This document shows positions 47,346-54,968 of a stretch of 64,000 nt of DNA, one piece after another; position 1 is the stretch's first letter, and every line of letters starts with the position of its first letter. Source of the DNA: an uncultured Thermoplasmata archaeon (lineage in GTDB: Archaea; Thermoplasmatota; Thermoplasmata; RBG-16-68-12). The DNA lies in assembly GCA_963768855.1 (NCBI GenBank), contig CAVYJM010000017.1, forward strand, positions 64,001 through 128,000. Reading direction: 5' to 3'. A program made the translations under genes and the position numbers. The notes under the pieces are model-generated. The model saw nothing but the letters and a program-made list of their open reading frames with translations. It did no database searches and had not been told where the DNA came from.

Positions 47346-47831
47346 ATGGCCAGCCTCGAGAATCCTCCTGAGAGCCCTTGCTTCGGTTGCGGTCCGAACC
47401 ATCCGCGCGGCTTGCACCTGAAGTTCGAGCGCCGCGCCGCGGTGGATGGCATCGACGAGGTCGTGTGCGAATACACCCCGAAAGCGGACGAGATCGGATG
47501 GCCGGGGCTGATGCACATCGGGCTCCTCTTCATGGGTATGATGGAGACGAGCTACTGGGCCGCGCTGACCATCGTCGGCCGCGTGCATACGGCCAGCGGT
47601 CCGGTGGCCTTCGAGCCGATGCGCCTCCCGCGGGTCGGGAGGCCGTTCCGGTCGAGCGCACGCCTGGTGAGCCAAGAAGGAGAAGATCTCCGGATCGCCT
47701 GCGTGGCCGAGGACGCGAACGGGAAGCGGCACGCGACGATGACGAGCGGGTGGCGGCGCGCGACGCGCTCCGGGGTCGAGAGAGCGGGGCTTTCCCTTCC
47801 CGACTATCTCCTCGAGGACATGGACCCGTGA
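47346..47831 (+). CDS. Hot-dog fold thioesterase (PaaI-like)
   Basis: CFGCGPNHPRGLHLKF and GWPGLMHIGL are the N-terminal pattern of PaaI-type thioesterases. Confidence 0.7.
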   Translation: MASLENPPESPCFGCGPNHPRGLHLKFERRAAVDGIDEVVCEYTPKADEIGWPGLMHIGLLFMGMMETSYWAALTIVGRVHTASGPVAFEPMRLPRVGRPFRSSARLVSQEGEDLRIACVAEDANGKRHATMTSGWRRATRSGVERAGLSLPDYLLEDMDP

Positions 47832-47841
47832 GGCAGCCAGC

Positions 47842-48261
47842 CTACTTCTGCGGAGGGAGCGGGCCGAAGCCGGACGGCCCGCCGATGTACTCCCAGAACT
47901 TGTCCTCCCAGAAGTCGACCTCCTCCTTCACGCGGCGGAGGGGCTGGGGCTTGAGACCCTCGCGCTCTGCAGCCTCGAGCCGCCCTCGGAGCTGCTCCTC
48001 CGTCTCGTCGGAGAGCTCCGAGAGGATGTGCTCGAGGTCCTTCCGGAAGCCGAGGTCGAGCACGCGATCAGGATGACGCACGACGAGCCGGTAGTGGTGC
48101 TGGTGCTCCGACGTCTGGACGCGGAGGACCTGCCACTCGAGCGGCTCCTTGCGCTCCTGCTGGAGGCGGTACGCCGCGAGGTTCCCCAGGGCGCGGGCGA
48201 CGAACTCCTCGTCGTGAAGTTCCGGCTGAAGGTAGATCCCGATCTCGACACCCCGGTGCAT
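47842..48261 (-). CDS. Hypothetical protein, 139 aa
   Basis: Host-like codon usage, protein-like composition, and fills the gap between neighbours. Confidence 0.65.
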   Translation of the reverse strand: MHRGVEIGIYLQPELHDEEFVARALGNLAAYRLQQERKEPLEWQVLRVQTSEHQHHYRLVVRHPDRVLDLGFRKDLEHILSELSDETEEQLRGRLEAAEREGLKPQPLRRVKEEVDFWEDKFWEYIGGPSGFGPLPPQK

Positions 48262-48350
48262 GCGCGCGCTAGGGACGCGGTCCTATAAACGTCCATGCCG
48301 ATTCCGCGGCCCGCGTCCTTTAACTATCGCCGCCGACGTCACGGCGGGGC

Positions 48351-48950
48351 ATGCCGTCGCGCTCCGCGACCTCGCGCCGTTCCTCCGCCCGTCTCCCGGA
48401 CGTCCACATCCTCTTCGAGGGCTATGTCGACCCCGGAGTGGCGTCGACCGTCGGCTACGTGCGGGATGGGCGAGCGCGGATCGTCATCGATCCGGGTATG
48501 GTGCCGTCTCCGAAGGCGATCCTGAACCCTCTCCGACGCCTCAGTGCGACGCCCCGGCAAATCACGGACGTGATCTTCTCGCATCACCATCCGGACCACA
48601 CGCTCCACGCCGCGCTCTTTCCGAACGCGCGGTTCCATGACCACTGGGCGATCTACAAGGGGGACCGGTGGGAGAGCCGCAAGGCCGAGGGCTTCCTCGT
48701 GTCCCCGCACGTCCGGCTCCTCGAGACGCCCGGACATACGCCGCAGGACATCACGACCCTGGCGGATGCCGCGGAGGGACCGGTCGCGTTCACGCACCTC
48801 TGGTGGGGGCCCGACGGGCCGGCGGAGGATCCATACGCCCCCGACGCGGCCCTCCTGCACCGGAACCGCGCGCGGGTGCTCGGAATCGCGCGACGCATCG
48901 TGCCCGGCCACGGGCCCGCGTTCGAGCCGGGGCCCGACACCCCGCGGTAA
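48351..48950 (+). CDS. MBL-fold metallo-hydrolase
   Basis: IDPG, SHHHPDH (HxHxDH), TPGH and VPGHG. Confidence 0.88.
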   Translation: MPSRSATSRRSSARLPDVHILFEGYVDPGVASTVGYVRDGRARIVIDPGMVPSPKAILNPLRRLSATPRQITDVIFSHHHPDHTLHAALFPNARFHDHWAIYKGDRWESRKAEGFLVSPHVRLLETPGHTPQDITTLADAAEGPVAFTHLWWGPDGPAEDPYAPDAALLHRNRARVLGIARRIVPGHGPAFEPGPDTPR

Positions 48951-48986
48951 CCCAGGGCCAGGGACGACGGGGAAAGCCGGCCCCGG

Positions 48987-49466
48987 CTACGCATCCTTCG
49001 GCGAGCGGAGATCGTGCCCGTGCTCGAGGACGGACTTCAGGTTCATCAGGTGGTACGCCCAACCCGACATCGTGTTGCCGTAGACTCCGACCCAGCCGCC
49101 CTCCCGGGGGAAGGCCGCGTGCCGGAGGTGGAGGAGCGTTCCGCGTCCCTCCTTCGACACCGTGAACGTCGCCGTCGACCAGTTCGTGCGTCCCCCGTGC
49201 CGGTTCGGCCAGCTCAGGGAGAGTCGCCGGTTCGGCACGTACTCGAGGACCTTCCCCTCGTGCCGGTACCCGCCCTGCCACACGAACTCGTAGTCCTCCC
49301 CCGCCTTCGCGGGGACGCGCGCGGATTTCAGGAACCATCGTCGCAGTTCCGACGGATCGCTCAACGCGCGGAACACATCGCCCACCGGAGCCTTTACGAA
49401 GACCTTCTGCTCGATGACCAGAGCCCTGCCGGACACCCTTAGACCGCCCCCGGAGCGGGGCCGCAT
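48987..49466 (-). CDS. SRPBCC/AHSA1 (START-like) domain protein
   Basis: APVGDVFRALSDPSELRRWF, PNRRLSLSW, GTLLHLRH and GWAYHLMNL. Confidence 0.85.
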   Translation of the reverse strand: MRPRSGGGLRVSGRALVIEQKVFVKAPVGDVFRALSDPSELRRWFLKSARVPAKAGEDYEFVWQGGYRHEGKVLEYVPNRRLSLSWPNRHGGRTNWSTATFTVSKEGRGTLLHLRHAAFPREGGWVGVYGNTMSGWAYHLMNLKSVLEHGHDLRSPKDA

Positions 49467-49575
49467 CCGGATTCCCGCACTTGAGCCTTCGCCATCCGCG
49501 GTGGCGATTCAAGACCCGTCCGTCGCTCGGCGGCCCAGGGCTTATCTCTCCGAGCGCGTTGCGTCGCCTGGGATC

Positions 49576-49956
49576 ATGAAGGCCAAGCTCACGTACACGG
49601 GAATCCGTGTGAAGGACCTCGACGCCTCGGTGCGGTTCTACACCCAGGTCCTTGGCATGAAGGAGATCGGGAGGAACCGAGTCGACGCCGCGAACGGGAC
49701 CGTGGTCGACCTCGTGAGCGAGGAGGGAGGCCATCCCCTTGAGCTGAACTATTACGAGAAGGGGAGCGCGTTCGACACGAAGTACGAGGCCGGCGAGGGA
49801 CTGGATCATCTGTGTTTCCGAGTCGAGAACTTGGACCAGGCGCTCGCGGAGGCGAAGAAGGCGGGGCACCCCCTCGTCCAGGAGATCAAGACGGCGACGG
49901 GCCGCTGGGTGTACATCCAGGACCCGAACGGCATCTGGATCGAGCTCTTCGCGTGA
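49576..49956 (+). CDS. VOC family protein (glyoxalase I-like)
   Basis: YTGIRVKDLDASVRFYTQVLGM, LELNYY, DHLCFRV and YIQDPNGIWIEL. Confidence 0.9.
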   Translation: MKAKLTYTGIRVKDLDASVRFYTQVLGMKEIGRNRVDAANGTVVDLVSEEGGHPLELNYYEKGSAFDTKYEAGEGLDHLCFRVENLDQALAEAKKAGHPLVQEIKTATGRWVYIQDPNGIWIELFA

Positions 49957-49965
49957 GTCCCGCGT

Positions 49966-51798
49966 CTAGAGGTCGAACGGGGAGACGTAGTCTCCCTTGC
50001 GCGCCCGTAGCGCCTCGAGGCGCTTCCGCTGCTCGCCGAGCTGCTCGGGCAGCTCCGCCGGGACCTCGGCTTCGGATCGGTAGATGGCCTCGATCCGGTC
50101 CGTCTTCGAGAGCAACTCCGGGATGCGGATGCGGAACTGCTCCGCGTACGCTTCCGCTGTGTATTCCTTGTCCAGGTACTCCCGGAAGAGTCGGCGGAGG
50201 TCCTCGTACTTCGGGATGAGGCCCGTGGGCGTCTCGATCGTGTCCACTTCGCCGTGGACCCGCAGCTCCATCCACTGAAGCCAGACGCGCTTGTCGAGCT
50301 TGCCGTTCAGGTACGCGCCCGCGCGGTCCTTGAGGAAGTAGTTCACGGAGAAGATGACGGGCGGCCGCGCGAGCGCCTTGCCGAAGTCCAGGTGCATCTG
50401 CACATAGCGGCCCAGGGACAGGGAGAGAAAATCGAGGTTGGACATGAGGTTGAACTTCCGCACGCCCGCCTGCCCGAGGGTCGCCGCGGTCGTCTCGCTC
50501 TCGATCGTCGCAGCCTTCGTCGTGACGCCGTGGACCCAGTCGAAGGCCTGCTCGACCGGCACGCAGGTGTCCGAATCGCGCCCGCCGTAGATGATGCCGC
50601 CCGCGACGACGCCCTCCGGGTCCTCGGCCCTCGGGTCGCGGTTCGCGAGCTCCCGGATCCGCAGGGTGTAGCGGGAGTTCGGGTGGGAGACGGGGATCTC
50701 TTTGCCGTCCTCGTCCTTCTTGCCCTTCCGCCAGGCACCGCTGTGGTTCGTGCCCTCCGTCGGCGGCTCGACGCCCATCCCGATCCAGTAGGGATAGCCG
50801 TCCCGGACGAGGACGTTGGAGAAGATCACCTCGCCGGGGCGCGTCAGGGCGTCCCAGATCACGGGGTCGTCCCTCGCGTTCACGTCCTGGATGATCCCGA
50901 AGATCCCACGCTCGACGTTCACCGCGCGGACCTCGCCGCCGACGATCCGCAGGTAGGCGAGATCGTCGCCGACGATCGTCTGGCCGGGGATCATCGCGGT
51001 GGAGGTCTTGCCGCACATGGAGGGGAAGGCCCCGAGAAAGTACGTCGTGCGGTCACCGGGTCCGTGCGCGCCCATGAGGAACATATGCTCGGAGAGCCAT
51101 CCCTCCCGGGACGCCTTGCGGATCGCGAGGCGGAGGGCGAGCTTCTTCAGGCCCACCGTGTTCCCCGCGTACTGCGTGTTCACGGCGTAGACGGTCTCGT
51201 CCTCAAGGTCGATGTACACGCGCCGCTTCTTCCAGTCCACGCTCACACCATTTTCGACCCGGCCCGAGGCGTGCAGGAATCGGAAGAAGGCCGGGGCGTT
51301 GCCCAGACGGCGGAACTCCTCGTATCCGGGGCGGTACAGGAGGTCCTCGCTGTGCGCCACATACGCGGAGTCCGTGACCTGCACGCAGGGGATCGCGAAG
51401 GCGGACCCCGCGGGCCCGAGCACGAGGAACCGCACAAGCATGCAACGACCTGCCATCGCGCCCGCCATCAGGCCTTGGACCTCTGCGAGACCCTCGGCCT
51501 TCGGGATCGAGTTGATCCTCGCCCCGAGATCGGTCCCAGGCGGGAGCAGGTACCTCGTTGAGAAGGTGTCGCGGCCCTGGTCTTGGTAGCCGTCGAAGTG
51601 GATCGTGTGGCCGGACATCGCGAGGGGCGTCTCCTCGCCGCTCTTCAGGGCGAGCTCTCGGATTGCGGCCAAGTCCCCCGCCTCGTCCGAGGCGACGAAC
51701 ACGGAGTCGGGTTGGAGGAGTTCCACGGCCTCGGACAGGAGCGCCCAGAGCGCGTCGTTGTCGATGGCGGCAAGCTTCTGGAAGTTCTCGGTGTCCAT
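49966..51798 (-). CDS. pckG: Phosphoenolpyruvate carboxykinase (GTP)
   Basis: ATG 51798 (MDTENF). Motifs YAGNTVGLKK, SEHM, AFPSMCGKTS, VGDDLA, HPNSRY and YGGRD. Confidence 0.93.
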   Translation of the reverse strand: MDTENFQKLAAIDNDALWALLSEAVELLQPDSVFVASDEAGDLAAIRELALKSGEETPLAMSGHTIHFDGYQDQGRDTFSTRYLLPPGTDLGARINSIPKAEGLAEVQGLMAGAMAGRCMLVRFLVLGPAGSAFAIPCVQVTDSAYVAHSEDLLYRPGYEEFRRLGNAPAFFRFLHASGRVENGVSVDWKKRRVYIDLEDETVYAVNTQYAGNTVGLKKLALRLAIRKASREGWLSEHMFLMGAHGPGDRTTYFLGAFPSMCGKTSTAMIPGQTIVGDDLAYLRIVGGEVRAVNVERGIFGIIQDVNARDDPVIWDALTRPGEVIFSNVLVRDGYPYWIGMGVEPPTEGTNHSGAWRKGKKDEDGKEIPVSHPNSRYTLRIRELANRDPRAEDPEGVVAGGIIYGGRDSDTCVPVEQAFDWVHGVTTKAATIESETTAATLGQAGVRKFNLMSNLDFLSLSLGRYVQMHLDFGKALARPPVIFSVNYFLKDRAGAYLNGKLDKRVWLQWMELRVHGEVDTIETPTGLIPKYEDLRRLFREYLDKEYTAEAYAEQFRIRIPELLSKTDRIEAIYRSEAEVPAELPEQLGEQRKRLEALRARKGDYVSPFDL

Positions 51799-52134
51799 GC
51801 GGACACGGAGCCGCCGCTCCGCCTCAGCCTTCGCGGCACGTACCGGCGGAGCCAGACTTGTCGCCGCCGGCGACTGCGGAGATCCGGGGGTGGGCGGTCG
51901 GACGCGGCCTGTCTGCACAGCGCACAAGTCGGATTCGGGGGGCGATAAGCTCTCGCTCGTTACTGTACACCTGAGTAGGGGGAAACGTGTCGCGCGGCGA
52001 GGCGGGGCGCGTACATCGAGGTTGCCGTTCGCGCGCCGCCGATGAATGGTGAAACATCAAGAGGCCGAGCGTTCTGGTTTGCCCACCGAGGCGTCCGCGG
52101 AGGGCGGCTCAGCGAAGGCAGAGGAGGACCCGGC

Positions 52135-52575
52135 ATGGTACGCGAAGTGGATTATGCACCGAAGCCGATCGATCCGGACTTCCTGGCGAAGCCACAGGAA
52201 TATCCGGAAACGGGGAAGCACCACAACCACAAGGTCCTCGCCGAGGGCGCGCAGCGCGAGGACACGAACGGGAATCCGTACCCGACTCGGCTTGGGATTC
52301 ACGGCACGCACGTCGGCGTCGACTGGGAGGCGTGCATCGCGGACGGCGTGTGCATGGACGTCTGCCCGACCGACGTGTACGAGTGGGCCTTCAACCCGGG
52401 CGTGAAGGGGACGGGCAACGACAGGATCATGCCGCAGGGCAGCGACGACTGGACGAAGTACCGCACGGACAAGACGGACATGGTCCGCGAGGTCGATTGC
52501 ATCGACTGCATGGCGTGCGAGGTCGCCTGCCCGACCCACGCGATCAAGATCAACGTCGGCGTCAGCGTGGAATGA
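52135..52575 (+). CDS. zfx: Zinc-containing 7Fe dicluster ferredoxin (Thermoplasma/Sulfolobus Zfx type)
   Basis: N-terminal extension PKPIDPDFL...GKHHNHKV...LGIHGTHV, then CIADGVCMDVCP and CIDCMACEVACP. Confidence 0.9.
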   Translation: MVREVDYAPKPIDPDFLAKPQEYPETGKHHNHKVLAEGAQREDTNGNPYPTRLGIHGTHVGVDWEACIADGVCMDVCPTDVYEWAFNPGVKGTGNDRIMPQGSDDWTKYRTDKTDMVREVDCIDCMACEVACPTHAIKINVGVSVE

Positions 52576-53081
52576 GCCAGTCGGAAGGGAGATGTGATCC
52601 GATGCCGGAACAGGAATCCGCAACATCCCTAGAACAGGAAATCGTGCGCATGAAGTCCGAACTCGTCCGCATGGCCCGCGACCGGAACCTCGCCCTCCGC
52701 AGCGGAGACGAGGACCGCGGCAGGCAGCATCACCTCGCGGCTCTCGAGGCCGAGGTCCAGCATGTGGGGACCCTGGCCCGCTACGTGAAGACGGTGAGCC
52801 CGGCCGCGGGGCGGGAGCTCGCGACGCGCCAGACCCTCGCCCTGCAACACTTCGAGCAGCTCAAGAGCGCGAAGAACCTGATCGCGGTCAACCGGTGGGT
52901 CACCGCGGAGCTGGCCCCCCTCCTGAACAAGAGCGAGCAGGCCGCCCACCTGATCGCGACGAGCGTGAGGGCGGGACCGAAGCATGTGACGACACCCTTC
53001 GTCTGGCCGGTGGGCGTCGAGATCGCGCTCAGGGATGCTGGGGCTGGGAACCCGCACGGGCGTTTGAAAAGAGCCCCGTAG
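52572..53081 (+). CDS. Hypothetical helical protein (alternative start 52602)
   Basis: Overlaps the zfx stop (ATGA) and has a coiled-coil-like sequence. Confidence 0.6.
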   Translation: MSQSEGRCDPMPEQESATSLEQEIVRMKSELVRMARDRNLALRSGDEDRGRQHHLAALEAEVQHVGTLARYVKTVSPAAGRELATRQTLALQHFEQLKSAKNLIAVNRWVTAELAPLLNKSEQAAHLIATSVRAGPKHVTTPFVWPVGVEIALRDAGAGNPHGRLKRAP

Positions 53082-53102
53082 GCGGCGAGGGACCGACCGA
53101 GT

Positions 53103-54380
53103 TCACGCGCGGTTCGCTTTCTCGGGAATCCGCCGCGCGACGTGCTGGAGCAGGAGGAGGCTCGGCACGGCGGGGGAGACCAGGATGATCCACGCGACCA
53201 TCGGGTCCGGGACGAGCGCGAGGACGACGCCGCCGAAGAAGACGGCCAGCAGGTAGGCGGCGCTCGTGACGGTCTGGAACGCGCCGTTGTAGTTGCCGAT
53301 CTCCCGTTCCGGGGCCATGTTGGACGGCAGGGTCGTCTGGGGAATCGCGACGAAGTTCTCCCCGACGGTGGACACGACGACTGCCAAGATGAACACGGCA
53401 AGCGGGGCGACCTGCCACTCGCCCGATGCGCCGATCGCCAGGAAGGCGGCCGAGTAGAGGAGCACCCCGATCGCCCCGACCCACGTGTGCCGGCGTCCCA
53501 GGACGGCACGGGTCGTGCGCGTCTGGCCCAAGACCACGATGACGCAGTTCAGGGCGAGCCCGAGCCCGATGACGTCGTACGTCAGGCCGAGGGTCGAGTT
53601 CACGAACAGCTGGAACGTGACGGCCCACTGGCCCGCGACGAGCGCGGCGAACGCGAAGGCCAAGCACATCTCGAGGAAGACGCGGTCCGCCATGAGCACG
53701 CGAAGGCTGCGTCGCATCGAATCGCGCTGGATCTGGAGGACGGACTCGGCAGCAGGCACGCCGGTCGTCGGGTCTCCCACCGCACCGGCGCTGTGGCGAA
53801 TCTGACGCAGGCGTTCATCGTACGGGGACGGATGGAGCCGCACGGCCACGAGGACGGAGGCCGCCCCGATGAACAGGGACGCGAGGGCCGCGATGGCGGG
53901 GAAGCCGATCACGCCGACGAGGAGGCCCCCGATCGCGACGCCGGCACCCGCCCCCGCGTTGAATCCGACTCGGATCCAGGTGAAGCCCTTCGTCCGCTCG
54001 GAACCTTCCGCGAGGTCCGCGACGTAGGCTGAGTTCGCCGGGTTGCCGAGAGAGCCGAACAAGAACCCCAGCGTGACCGCAACGGAGACCGCGATCAGGG
54101 ACACGACGAGCATGCCGTAGGCGAGGAAGAGCGCGCCGCCCGCCTCGCCGACGATCGAAAGGAGGAGGAGGCGACGCCGGCCGAACCGGTCCGTGAACAG
54201 GCCGGCCAGAGGGGACAGGAGCAGGGGAGGGATTCCGTACGCCAGGATGAGGGCGCCGACGAGCTCGAAGCCGAGGCCGAGCACGTTGTGGAGGTAGAGG
54301 GAGAGGAACGCCTGGAACATGAAGAACCCGAAGGCGCGGATGCCGGCAACGAAGCCCAAGAGCCGGAGGTCCGATTCCAT
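53103..54380 (-). CDS. MFS transporter
   Basis: ATG 54380. GLFTDRFGRRRLL motif A, AYVADLAEGSER and about 12 TMs. Confidence 0.9.
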   Translation of the reverse strand: MESDLRLLGFVAGIRAFGFFMFQAFLSLYLHNVLGLGFELVGALILAYGIPPLLLSPLAGLFTDRFGRRRLLLLSIVGEAGGALFLAYGMLVVSLIAVSVAVTLGFLFGSLGNPANSAYVADLAEGSERTKGFTWIRVGFNAGAGAGVAIGGLLVGVIGFPAIAALASLFIGAASVLVAVRLHPSPYDERLRQIRHSAGAVGDPTTGVPAAESVLQIQRDSMRRSLRVLMADRVFLEMCLAFAFAALVAGQWAVTFQLFVNSTLGLTYDVIGLGLALNCVIVVLGQTRTTRAVLGRRHTWVGAIGVLLYSAAFLAIGASGEWQVAPLAVFILAVVVSTVGENFVAIPQTTLPSNMAPEREIGNYNGAFQTVTSAAYLLAVFFGGVVLALVPDPMVAWIILVSPAVPSLLLLQHVARRIPEKANRA

Positions 54381-54519
54381 GGCGACCCGCGGGCCATGAG
54401 GGGAATGGCTATGAGCTTTGCCCCCGGAGGGGCGCATCGACCCAACTTCTTGATCAAGGTCCTCGACGGAAAGCCGGCCGAGTCAAAGCATAAGAGGACC
54501 GCGGGCATGAGCAGGACGG

Positions 54520-54903
54520 ATGGCGGTCGAGGAAGGACAGAAGTTCTCCTGGCAGCGGACGTTCACCCTGGAGGACGTGGACGCGTTCGCGCGCCTGTCC
54601 GGGGACCGGGGGACGCACCATCTCCGCCCCGACGAAGCCGGGCGGATCATGGTGCATGGGCTGCTGACCGCGACGATCCCGACCAAGATCGGGGGTGACC
54701 TCGATTACATCGCACGGGAGATGACGTTCGAGTTCCTCCGGCCCGTCTTCGTAGGAGACACGGTCCGCGCCGAGGCCGTCGTGACGAAGGTGTCTCGCGA
54801 GGCGGGGCAGCTGGCTGTCGGCGTGGACTTCGAATGCCACAACCAGGATGGCAAGAAGGTCCTCGCGGGATCATCCGGTCCGAGTCCGGACAGTCTCCCC
54901 TGA
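54520..54903 (+). CDS. MaoC-like (R)-hydratase, hot-dog fold
   Basis: RTFTLEDVDAFARLSGD...H, MVHGLL and FLRPVFVGDTV. Confidence 0.85.
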   Translation: MAVEEGQKFSWQRTFTLEDVDAFARLSGDRGTHHLRPDEAGRIMVHGLLTATIPTKIGGDLDYIAREMTFEFLRPVFVGDTVRAEAVVTKVSREAGQLAVGVDFECHNQDGKKVLAGSSGPSPDSLP

Positions 54904-54968
54904 ACGGGAGACCCTCATGGCGCCGCGAACCAGGGCTCGACTCATCGATGGGCAACCGGAAAGCTCGC

